64,000 nucleotides of DNA from Histomonas meleagridis 2922-C6/04-290x. Lineage: Eukaryota; Protista; Parabasalia. Location of the stretch: positions 62,001-126,000 of the forward strand of contig JAANOX010000026.1 of assembly GCA_020184695.1 (NCBI GenBank). The letters are read 5' to 3'. Below are positions 22,419 to 31,852 of this stretch, one piece after another; within the stretch, counting starts at the first letter, position 1, and each line of letters begins with the position of its first letter. A model generated the notes under the pieces. The model made no database searches, had not been told where the DNA came from, and saw only the letters and a list, made by a program, of their open reading frames with translations. The position numbers and the translations under genes are program-made.

Positions 22419-23615
22419 TTATATGAATTCGGATGGAACAAGAAGAGGATGGTCAACATCTGGATCTTCCACATTGCCATGAGTAGGTCTCCTGATTCTC
22501 TTGTATATCAAATAAGCGAAAATAGCGAGAAGAACAATGATTAAAATGATAACAACAGCCAAAACGCCGTTCTGTGCCTTCGTGTCGCCGCCTGACGATG
22601 AGCTTGCAGGCGACTGCGATGGCGTGGCTTCGGGCGATTCGGAAGTTGCCTCAGATATAGCCTCAGATGTGATATCTGACGTTTTTTCCGATTCCATTTC
22701 TTCTGATGATGCTTCAGAAGCTTTTTCTGATGAACTTTCTGCTCCTGTAGGCGCTTCTGATGATGCTCCTGTATGTGCTTCTGATGAACTTTCTGCTCCT
22801 GTATGTGCTTCTGTTGAACTTTCTGCTCCTGTATGTGCTTCTGATGAACTTTCTGCTCCTGTATGTGCTTCTGTTGAACTTTCTGCTCCTGTATGTGCTT
22901 CTGATGAACTTTCTGCTCCTGTATGTGCTTCTGATGAACTTTCTGCTCCTGTATGTGCTTCTGATGAACTTTCTGCTCCTGTATGTGCTTCTGTTGAACT
23001 TTCTGCTCCTGTATGTGCTTCTGTTGAACTTTCTGCTCCTGTATGTGCTTCTGATGAACTTTCTGCTCCTGTATGTGCTTCTGTTGAACTTTCTGCTCCT
23101 GTATGTGCTTCTGTTGAACTTTCTGCTCCTGTATGTGCTTCTGTTGAACTTTCTGCTCCTGTATGTGCTTCTGATGAACTTTCTGCTCCTGTATGTGCTT
23201 CTGTTGAACTTTCTGCTCCTGTATGTGCTTCTGATGAACTTTCTGCTCCTGTATGTGCTTCTGTTGAACTTTCTGCTCCTGTATGTGCTTCTGTTGAACT
23301 TTCTGCTCCTGTATGTGCTTCTGTTGAACTTTCTGCTCCTGTATGTGCTTCTGATGAACTTTCTGCTCCTGTATGTGCTTCTGTTGAACTTTCTGCTCCT
23401 GTATGTGCTTCTGATGAACTTTCTGCTCCTGTATGTGCTTCTGTTGAACTTTCTGCTCCTGTATGTGCTTCTGATGAGGTTTCTAGAATTTTAAATAATT
23501 TTATATTTGTAATTTTTTTGGATTCTTTTTTAAGCAAACTCTCTTCTATGCTTTTGCATGAGAGTTGCACCAAAGGTTTTGCCTTGATTTTGAAAAAAAG
23601 TAAGATTAATAGCAT
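22419..23615 (-). CDS. Type-I membrane mucin-like protein with 10-aa tandem repeats (AHTGAESS[S/T]E)
   Basis: Signal-like MLLILLFF, about 24 repeats, TM VLAVVIILIIVLLAIFAYLIY, short tail. Confidence 0.88.
   Translation of the reverse strand: MLLILLFFKIKAKPLVQLSCKSIEESLLKKESKKITNIKLFKILETSSEAHTGAESSTEAHTGAESSSEAHTGAESSTEAHTGAESSSEAHTGAESSTEAHTGAESSTEAHTGAESSTEAHTGAESSSEAHTGAESSTEAHTGAESSSEAHTGAESSTEAHTGAESSTEAHTGAESSTEAHTGAESSSEAHTGAESSTEAHTGAESSTEAHTGAESSSEAHTGAESSSEAHTGAESSSEAHTGAESSTEAHTGAESSSEAHTGAESSTEAHTGAESSSEAHTGASSEAPTGAESSSEKASEASSEEMESEKTSDITSEAISEATSESPEATPSQSPASSSSGGDTKAQNGVLAVVIILIIVLLAIFAYLIYKRIRRPTHGNVEDPDVDHPLLVPSEFI
22741..23476. repeat. 30-bp coding tandem repeat gtatgtgcttctg(a/t)tgaactttctgctcct, 23 full copies plus partial flanking units
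   Basis: Directly visible; units differ only at one A/T position. Confidence 0.98.
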
Positions 23616-23698
23616 TTTTTAGTTGGAATATATTTGAACTGCTAAGGGTGCCCCAATTAATCGTACGTTAACTTTGCAAAGAACTTTGCATTGTTCAC

Positions 23699-24319
23699 AT
23701 GGACGAAATTCAGGAATTGCGCTTGGAGGCTCAAGCTTTATTCAATGACAAACACTACTACGAAGCATGCTCTGCCTATAGTGAGCTTCTTGAAAAGATA
23801 TTCACACCTGAAACCCCATTAAGTTTGGAAGTTTGTCGCGATTTTACCAACTATGGAAAATGTTTAATCCTTTCAGCTGAATCAGATGAGGAAGAAGACG
23901 TTGATGCATCTTTAGAAATAGCTTGGGAAGTATTAGAAAATGCGCGCCATGGATATGACCTTATTGACCAAGACGGAAGCTATGACTCTGAACTCATAGA
24001 GGTACATGAACTCCTTGCTGAAGTTGCAACTAAGAACGGAAATATTGATGAAGCTCAAGATCAATACAAAATAGCAGCAGATATCGGATTATTAAATCCA
24101 AGTATATCATGGAGAATAACTTTAAATAATCTTTTTATGCGCTCTGTTATACTTAAAGCTGGCCGATTGCTTGTTCCAGCTCGAGATGCATTAGATGAAG
24201 CAATTAGATACATAGACGAACAACTTAAAAAAGTGGGTAAGGAACAAGACAAAACAGAGCTCCTCAAATTCAAAGAAGAAATGATCACACGTAAAGAGGA
24301 GCTTAAAGATGCAAAATAA
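23699..24319 (+). CDS. TPR protein, NASP/Hif1-like (SHNi-TPR) histone chaperone candidate
   Basis: AQALFNDKHYYEAC, NYGKCLI, LEIAWEVLENAR, EVHELLAEVAT resemble NASP TPRs. Confidence 0.6.
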   Translation: MDEIQELRLEAQALFNDKHYYEACSAYSELLEKIFTPETPLSLEVCRDFTNYGKCLILSAESDEEEDVDASLEIAWEVLENARHGYDLIDQDGSYDSELIEVHELLAEVATKNGNIDEAQDQYKIAADIGLLNPSISWRITLNNLFMRSVILKAGRLLVPARDALDEAIRYIDEQLKKVGKEQDKTELLKFKEEMITRKEELKDAK

Positions 24320-24419
24320 ACAACAAGCATAAAATCATTTTTTTCAAAATTTGTCATGACAAATTAGATGTGTGAAATCTTTCTAAACCCTTTGGACAGT
24401 TTAGATATCAAAAATATAA

Positions 24420-25149
24420 TTTCACAATTCAAAGTTATAATATTGATTTTTGTATTACAAATGATATAAAATAACAAATTAAAGTCTCTTTAAAAGGATG
24501 TGTTCGGAGTTCTCTTCCTAATTTTAATATAAATTAATAAATATATATCCTAATAAGAGAGTAATAAAATCAAATCTAATATATTCGATATATTTGGGCG
24601 ATTTCTTAATAATAAACAGACACACGAATCATCTTATCTTCTTGAAGATATGATTGAACATAATTTTATTGAACCAAGCATTGTAAAAAACAACCAAGTG
24701 CTTATTTTGTACATCATCTTAATAATAACGTCTAAAGATATATTAGTAATCCATTTAAGGGAATATGATTTTGTAAATTATGAAGAACTATCAAAGAATG
24801 ATTAGGAATTACAAAAGAAATCATTTAAAGATAATCCAAATGAAATTGCAAAAATAAATCGAAATGATGAAATAGAAAAACTTTAAGAAATATCATCACA
24901 AACAAATTTTGATTTTAATCAAATATTTGAACCATCAATTTATCATAGATATTCATATATTAATAAAGAAAATGTTCATTAATTGATTACGCAGCATTTT
25001 TTGGATCAATTAAATGCTTTAAATATTTACTTATGAATGGCATATTTCAAAATAATATTTGAAAATTATTTTAAATATTTAGAACAGCACTTATTTATGC
25101 ATCAGGGATTGGCTATACAGAAATTGTTAAATTACTTCTTGCGACTTAA
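24420..25149 (+). pseudogene. Decayed DUF3447-ankyrin gene, paralog of 51900-55168
   Basis: Fragments ESSYLLEDMI, EISSQTNFDFNQ, LIDYAAFFGSIKCFKYLLMN with stops and frameshifts; then the spacer 3' motif and one ankyrin core (TALIYASGIGYTEIVKLLL). Confidence 0.8.
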
Positions 25150-25418
25150 TTTTATTCATTTATTCATAATTTTTTGTTAACAATAAAATTCATAACCAAA
25201 ATATAAATATTTGTAATAATTATCTCAGAATCCACAAAATATATTTTGGAATGAAACCAATGCAAATTTCATCAACACCAAAATCTTCACAGGTTATGTG
25301 TAATTACACATGAAATTTCATCTTTTAAAACATCTTGTAGAAAAAGTTTAGATTTTTAAGTGAAAGTATTATATAATATATATTTATTTATAAACAGATT
25401 ATTAAGTGCTAATTAAAG

Positions 25419-26096
25419 TCATTTTTTCCGCTTCTTCTTTGTGTTTGATAGATATGCTATTCTTGCACTTGGGAGTTCTATCTTTTCCTTATGAGTCTGC
25501 TTTAAACTTTTGGTATTTTTAGCAGTTTTCATATTTTCAAGCTTTGCTTTGATTAAATTAATGTTCTTCTGTTCTTCTTGAAGACTTCGCAACGTTTGAC
25601 GTTCCCTTTCATATTCTTCTCGAATAAGTGAACACTCTTTATAAAGTTCATATTCTGCTTGCTCTTGATAATATTGCATTTCTAATTGACTCATTTCTTG
25701 TGCTTTTTTCTCTTCATTGTGAGCATCTTTTTGTAAACTTTTAAGTATCTCCTTTTGCTCTAGTTCCTGAGATTTTAATAAGTCGTCTGCTTCTTGAAGT
25801 CTTTCTTGATAGTTTTGTTGAATTTTTTGAATTTGTTGTTGATATTCGAGATTTGCTTGTTCTAAAATTTTTTTTTCTTCTTCAATAGCTTCCAATGAGG
25901 CTATGAAGTTAGAAATTGCAAAGCGACGATTTGATAAAATATTCGCAGAGTCAATATCATATTGAATATATTGCAAATTTTGTTTTGCAAAAAGAATTAA
26001 TTGAGGTCTACTAAATGAAACCCTATGACGATTTCTTGTGTTATTTTTGATTTCTTCACTTGAATAAATTGGTGAAGAATCAAAATTAACATTCAT
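25419..26096 (-). CDS. Coiled-coil hypothetical protein
   Basis: 225-aa ATG ORF, Q/E-rich heptads. Confidence 0.7.
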   Translation of the reverse strand: MNVNFDSSPIYSSEEIKNNTRNRHRVSFSRPQLILFAKQNLQYIQYDIDSANILSNRRFAISNFIASLEAIEEEKKILEQANLEYQQQIQKIQQNYQERLQEADDLLKSQELEQKEILKSLQKDAHNEEKKAQEMSQLEMQYYQEQAEYELYKECSLIREEYERERQTLRSLQEEQKNINLIKAKLENMKTAKNTKSLKQTHKEKIELPSARIAYLSNTKKKRKK

Positions 26097-26307
26097 TCAA
26101 TTCTTGCCAGAATTAAAACCTTTCAATTTAAGGACATTCAAATACGGTTAATTTTATTGGTAATGTCTTTTTGCTCCCATATATTTTGAAATAGAATTTG
26201 TGAGCATAACGATATATATTTCCTCCGATAAAAAACTTCACCATACAAAAGTAATTTTATCGTTTTCGTAAATTCAAGAAGTTAATTTGGCGGGTTTTTA
26301 AAAAAAG

Positions 26308-26874
26308 ATGGCTTACCAAACAATCATACCAACTGCACAAAATATCCCAACTCAACTTATGAATTGGCTTCAAACATCACAAGCTGTATTACAAACCACT
26401 CCACAGCTTCCTAAGCCAGCAATTTCAAGAAGAAAGTTTTCACATGAAGAAGATGAAAAGTTAAAAAGCTTTGTTGATACTTATGGAGAAAATGATTGGA
26501 GGAATATAGCTTCTAGGATGGAAAACAGGAATGCTCGTCAATGTCGTGAAAGATGGAAACATTATCTTTCTCCAAATGTTTCGACAGGGCCATGGACTAA
26601 TGCCGAAGATACGCTTCTTTTCGAAAAATACAGTGAATTTGGACCACAATGGGCAAGAATTGCCAAATTTTTCACCAACCGAACTGATATCAACGTAAAA
26701 AATCGCTGGATTAGTTTGAACGGGAAGTCACGAAAGCAAGTAAAATTGGAACAAGAGCGATCAAATGCTCAACAACCAGTTCAGTCATTGGAAACTCCTC
26801 AGCCAATCCCTACTCAGCCAGAACAAGAGCACTTGCAACAACAAGAACAAAGTCAACAGCAGTCCGGTCAATAA
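26308..26874 (+). CDS. R2R3 Myb DNA-binding protein
   Basis: RRKFSHEEDEKL…W…ARQCRERWKHYL…GPWTNAEDTLL…GPQWARIAKFFTNRTDINVKNRW. Confidence 0.95.
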   Translation: MAYQTIIPTAQNIPTQLMNWLQTSQAVLQTTPQLPKPAISRRKFSHEEDEKLKSFVDTYGENDWRNIASRMENRNARQCRERWKHYLSPNVSTGPWTNAEDTLLFEKYSEFGPQWARIAKFFTNRTDINVKNRWISLNGKSRKQVKLEQERSNAQQPVQSLETPQPIPTQPEQEHLQQQEQSQQQSGQ

Positions 26875-26927
26875 ATGTACATTTCCAAACGATTTTAAAA
26901 GGTTTAAAAACGACCGTTAATCTATGT

Positions 26928-27776
26928 ATGAAAACAAATGTACGGAATGAAGCATTGTTAAAAACAATTACTGATCTTGGGAAATTTCAATCTAAAACAT
27001 TTCATCCAGCTCGTAGAGAAAAAAGTATTATTCAAGATGATACTGAACAATTAGCATTAACAGCTGAAACACTTCGCACATTGCAAGCGAAAAACTCTCA
27101 TCTAAAGAAAAGCGTGAACTCAATTGAGAAAGAAATATCATATCTTCAAGAAATGATAGATCGCCATAAAAATTACATAAATCAAGTTATTGAAGAACAT
27201 AATAAACATGTTTCCAGTCTCAAGCAGCAAATTAAAAACAGGCGTGAGCAAATTGAAAAAATAAATGATACTAAAGAACCCCCTACAATGAATCAAATTT
27301 ACGCACTTATTAGGCAAATTCAAGTCGAAGGAATGGCAGCCAAGAGGAGGGCTGAAAGCGCGATGAAAATGCAAGATGTCAATTCGGTATTATCTGGAGA
27401 AAGACTTCGAAGATTTCATGATTATCTCCAACCAAAACCCACAGATAAAATTTTACAAGTCGACCCAAAGGTTCGAAAATCGTATATACGAATGGAGGAG
27501 AACGTGTTCAAGGTCTCCGAATTACAAACGCAACTCAAAAGCCTCAGGATATTTAACAAAAATTTAGAAAGGAAAATCATAGAACTTAACTCTAATTATG
27601 AAAATCTCCAGTCAAATGAGGCCGCTGTCCAAAAGGAAATTGCTAATAAGAAAGAAGAACTAAGAAACGAAATTACAATGAGAAGCGAAGAAATGGGAAA
27701 ACTTGAATGGAAAATTGAATGCTTCGAAATTACAAAGGAAAATCTCAATTTGCAACATAATACAGTTCTGTACTAA
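26928..27776 (+). CDS. Coiled-coil hypothetical protein
   Basis: 282-aa ATG ORF. Confidence 0.7.
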   Translation: MKTNVRNEALLKTITDLGKFQSKTFHPARREKSIIQDDTEQLALTAETLRTLQAKNSHLKKSVNSIEKEISYLQEMIDRHKNYINQVIEEHNKHVSSLKQQIKNRREQIEKINDTKEPPTMNQIYALIRQIQVEGMAAKRRAESAMKMQDVNSVLSGERLRRFHDYLQPKPTDKILQVDPKVRKSYIRMEENVFKVSELQTQLKSLRIFNKNLERKIIELNSNYENLQSNEAAVQKEIANKKEELRNEITMRSEEMGKLEWKIECFEITKENLNLQHNTVLY

Positions 27777-28304
27777 TGCTATACATTGTGTTATACAAAA
27801 TACATTTAATGATGCTTTTTCTTTAAGCAACGATATATTGTATTAATATTTTAAAGAATTTTTATTTTGGGCAACTGAATTATTTTTTTTTTATTTCAAA
27901 GATTTTAGTGAAACCTAAAAATAGATAATAAACGTTCTCGTCAACTTTTTGTTTCGTCTTGACTTTTTGAGATATTTATCAATTTTTATGTTATTATCGG
28001 TTCCACTTTTTGAACAAAATTGAGATATCTCAAAAAGTTATTTTTCAGGCAAACCCAAATTTTTTTGTTTGATGGGAAACAACTACAAAAATCGAACAAA
28101 AGCAGAGCTTAGCCAAACATATCCTTTTTTGCTTACAAATTATGTGCAAGATTTAGAATCTCTTGAATAATTTATTTTTAATATGAGTGAAGATATCATT
28201 GCAATGAATTTGATAAATCATTTTTTCAAGCTTGAATTTGGTTCTTAATCAATTAATACCTCATCAATTCTATCACAAATGAATTATATTTTATTTATAG
28301 AGTT

Positions 28305-29777
28305 CTATGGGAATTCGAAGTTATTGTCTTCTTTAAAATCTTTTGCAAATGGATCTTCATCAACATGTGAAATATTTGAAACCACTGAAATATGATCAAT
28401 AATTTCATTATCTTCCTCACTTAAGTTAATTGATTCGTTTTTAATTTTATTTTTTTGCATACGAATTATTATAACTAAAACGAAACAAATTATAACAATA
28501 AATACAACAACACAAATTATAACAATAATTATAATATTCATTTTGTCATTGCCATCGTTATAATTATCGTTGTGATTAACATTTATAAAATACATTGAGT
28601 AATATGTATAATATGTTGAATAATGAACAACACTGTAAACATAAAATATATATTCAGTGAACACGTAAATGTGCGACGAATTAACAAATGACATGAAAAA
28701 CGTATTCGATGCAAATGAATCCTCAATTACAAGCGTCTTAGTAACAGAATGTATAAATGTTAAAGAATTTGTTAATGTTAAATTCGCAATATCACTATCC
28801 GAACTGAATGCACTCGTTTTTGTATATGTGTTACTTTTAGTGTATGTATTAGACTTAGTGTATGTGTTAGATTTAGTGTATGTGTTACTTAGCGTGAATG
28901 TGCTTGTTTCGCTAAATGTTTCTGTCTCTATGTTATCGACGTTGAATGTGAGGCTGTAAGAGTACCCGCTGTGCAGCTCATCAGTTCGATATGTTGCGTT
29001 GAAATATCGGCCATCATCGAAAAATGATAAAATAATATCATTTTCGAGTGTCTGTGGGAAGACAATGATTGAGTAAGTAATTTCAGTATATGTTTCATCG
29101 AATGAATAAGGACAATCCGTGATGCACCAATTCGATAGTACATCTCCAGTTGCCGTGGCAGTGCCTGTTGGTATGTTGAATACCCCATTGTGCCTCAGGC
29201 CACTAAGGTATATCGAAAAATTACGACTAGGTAATTTGGCAAAATGTAATTGTATTAGAAGCTTAGTCATAACATGTGTAAAGTTCAATTTTACTGTGGG
29301 TGATTCTGATGAGCCGGTTCCAACTGCATACATGAAATCGATGTTACTTTGGTTCAATTGAATACTAGTATCTGCTGATATAATTGTTGCTATTTCAGTC
29401 ATCCACGGATAATAGGCAGTAAATGCAACTTCATCTGGAGTATTATAGTATATTTCTGTATAAGCTTTTAGAGGAGTGAATGCTGACCCATATGTGATGT
29501 AAGGAACATTAGCATAGGTTTCAGCTCCTGATGTACACGTTATACCAATTGTATCACCAGGCTCCCAAGTAATGTCAAATGCAAGAAGGATTCCTTCTGT
29601 GGAAAACCAGTCTTCAATTGAACAAGTTATATCTGGTATACCAGGTATCGACGGTTCAAGTTGAAGAAAATTTGAGTTTAACTTTAACGCAGTTCTTGAA
29701 GTCATTTCTGTTGTGTTATTCATAACTCCATTTGCCTTGCTAATTAACAAAGTAATCCCAAAGATAATAAAACTCAT
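28305..29777 (-). CDS. Type-I surface protein with Bacteroidetes fimbrillin-like (Mfa-like) ectodomain
   Basis: Likely start ATG 29777 (MSFIIFGITLL). WEPGDTIGI, NVPY, FTAYYP, DFMYA, VKLNFTHVMTKL, LSGL..NGVFNIPTG, IIVFPQ, LHSGYSY; then Ser/Thr stalk, TM and DEDPFAKDFKED tail. Confidence 0.8.
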   Translation of the reverse strand: MSFIIFGITLLISKANGVMNNTTEMTSRTALKLNSNFLQLEPSIPGIPDITCSIEDWFSTEGILLAFDITWEPGDTIGITCTSGAETYANVPYITYGSAFTPLKAYTEIYYNTPDEVAFTAYYPWMTEIATIISADTSIQLNQSNIDFMYAVGTGSSESPTVKLNFTHVMTKLLIQLHFAKLPSRNFSIYLSGLRHNGVFNIPTGTATATGDVLSNWCITDCPYSFDETYTEITYSIIVFPQTLENDIILSFFDDGRYFNATYRTDELHSGYSYSLTFNVDNIETETFSETSTFTLSNTYTKSNTYTKSNTYTKSNTYTKTSAFSSDSDIANLTLTNSLTFIHSVTKTLVIEDSFASNTFFMSFVNSSHIYVFTEYIFYVYSVVHYSTYYTYYSMYFINVNHNDNYNDGNDKMNIIIIVIICVVVFIVIICFVLVIIIRMQKNKIKNESINLSEEDNEIIDHISVVSNISHVDEDPFAKDFKEDNNFEFP

Positions 29778-29872
29778 GGAACATTTTTGGGGCACTCCGG
29801 TAAAAACGGTTTCGTGATTAATAAAGTCCGTTTGAATGCCATTGACCAAATTTTAACGGTTTTAGGAACAAA

Positions 29873-30067
29873 ATGTCAACAACAACTTCATCCAAAACCC
29901 CAGAATCTGACGCCAACATACAACAAGAACACAATCAACGCGAACAAGATTGGAAAGACTTTGAAATTCCGGAGATTCCTCCAATGGATGATTCAACAAT
30001 TGAAGCAACATTATCGACCAAATATGATTTGAACACATTATTCCAAAAGATGCGATCAATTAACTAA
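29873..30067 (+). CDS. Small acidic protein (64 aa), possible real small gene
   Basis: ATG in an aaaATG context, divergent from the 29777 gene, protein-like composition. Confidence 0.4.
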   Translation: MSTTTSSKTPESDANIQQEHNQREQDWKDFEIPEIPPMDDSTIEATLSTKYDLNTLFQKMRSIN

Positions 30068-30272
30068 AAATTATTATTAATATGGTTAGGTTGTACTTTT
30101 TATGGAAAACTATTTTTTTTTAGAATAAATGATTACGATAACTTTTGCCAAATATCGAACTTCTTAATTTTAAATGTGTATCACCTCTGCTAATATCTGA
30201 CCTGAGTCAAAACAAAATAACAAATATATTATTCTTCATTTGAGTGTCTGATATGTAAAAAAAACAAAAAAC

Positions 30273-30344
30273 TGGGTGAACCGTGAATCGAACACGGATC
30301 TATTGAGCCACAATCAACAATACTAACCACTATACCATTCACCC
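30273..30344 (-). tRNA. tRNA-His (GTG)
   Basis: 72-nt cloverleaf GGGTGAA…TTCACCC-A, anticodon loop TT-GTG-GC, TTCGATT T-loop; G-1 not genomically encoded, as is usual in eukaryotes. Confidence 0.96.
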
Positions 30345-30538
30345 TTTCATTTATTTAAAATTATTATATATTAAATGCATCAAAATTATACCTCAAGAAA
30401 TACCTTATATAAGCTCAAAATAAAAGCCACAAAAAATTTATTTGTACGCAACCCAATCTAAAGGCTCTTTGTATTTTTTCAAAAAAATAAAACAAAAAAA
30501 CTGATTTTAATAAAAAAAAATGTGTCACAAATTTGTGC

Positions 30539-30985
30539 CTATATGTTTTGTTCCAATATTTTTGTTATAATATCTCTATATTTTTCTAGAATAAAAAAAT
30601 ATGCTCTATTTCCAATTTTTGAAGAAATGACTAATTCAATAAAACAGTTGTTAAACCCTGGTATCTCAAGAATTTTGTATGATTTTATTTCGTTGTAGAA
30701 TATCCTATCCTGAAATTTTTGGGAATAAAGAAATATAGCATCTGTTTCGAAAAAAAGTTCTGCTTCATTTCCTTCCCAATCACGAACTTTTAGTGATGAC
30801 TTGGGAAGAGTTTCTGCTTGAGTTTTATCACCTTCGTAAATTGCATAAAGTGGGCCCATTTCAATAATTTTTTTATGATTTTCTTGATTTTCTCGTAGAT
30901 ACCTTTGAATTGATTTAGGCGATGAAAAATTGCTGATTTCAACTTTGTTACTACTTCCTGCACAGCAACCACAAAATGAACCCAT
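30539..30985 (-). CDS. Small protein with N-terminal acylation motif (MGSFCGCC)
   Basis: Gly2 plus Cys cluster typical of myristoylation/palmitoylation; beta-rich C-terminal part. Confidence 0.65.
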   Translation of the reverse strand: MGSFCGCCAGSSNKVEISNFSSPKSIQRYLRENQENHKKIIEMGPLYAIYEGDKTQAETLPKSSLKVRDWEGNEAELFFETDAIFLYSQKFQDRIFYNEIKSYKILEIPGFNNCFIELVISSKIGNRAYFFILEKYRDIITKILEQNI

Positions 30986-31852
30986 TTTTGGTTTGTGCTT
31001 TGTTTAACACGATAGCGCCGATAAATAGTTGTAAAACGACCGTTATATCACTTAATTTTGTGAAAAAATGATTTGAAAACCTTTTCTTCGCAAAAGCATC
31101 TGCGGGTGGTGCGACAAACATTGAAGAGTTGATTATGCAATTTTTGAGTAGAGTACTACAAAAAGGCAAATAAAAGCAATTAAAGATTCAATATTTCATG
31201 ATTAAACACTATTTTTCAAACTAATTCATTTATTTATGCTATTATTTTACATACTTTGTAAAACTATATCTGAAGAATTAATAATGTGATTCATAAACCA
31301 ATATGTTGCATGATTTGTATATTGCCTTATAAAAAAGATTAATAAAATTACTTCTTTTAATTAAAAATATTGTTTTAAATTTATTTTATATCTGTCGTAA
31401 GAAAAATAAATTATGTTACTTTTAATGAAAAGAACCAAGTTTTCATACCAAAGTGAAGAAAAATTTAATTCAAAAAATATTCAAGAAAGAATTTTCAAGT
31501 CAATCTTCCAGATTTTATGTTACATGCCATTTAAGAAATCGGATTTTAATTTTTTTTTTTTCTTCATTAATATTTAAGTTTAGAATTGATAAAGCTGATT
31601 GAGACAAAAGGAATTTTATCAATTTCAGTGATTTCAATGTAACCATTTGATGCTAATATAAAATCCAAGACTTCGTATTTAAAAATCATGATTAAAAACA
31701 TTTAGACCAAAGAACAAAAAACTGTTTCACACAAAATTGAAAACCTTATTTGCAGTTTTTATATGATCATTAGGGGTTTAATTTCAATTAATTTTTTTGT
31801 TTCCTAAAATTAAACGTCCGTTAAACCAACGTACGTTTAGATTTCATTTTTC

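Noticed and set aside
22741-23476. CRISPR-like array
   Set aside because: Contiguous coding repeats with no unique spacers; eukaryotic context; no cas genes.
22537-23622. Long plus-strand ORFs (361 aa and 244 aa) over the 30-bp repeat
   Set aside because: Antisense/alternate-frame shadows of a stop-free repeat; only the minus-strand ORF has signal, TM and tail.
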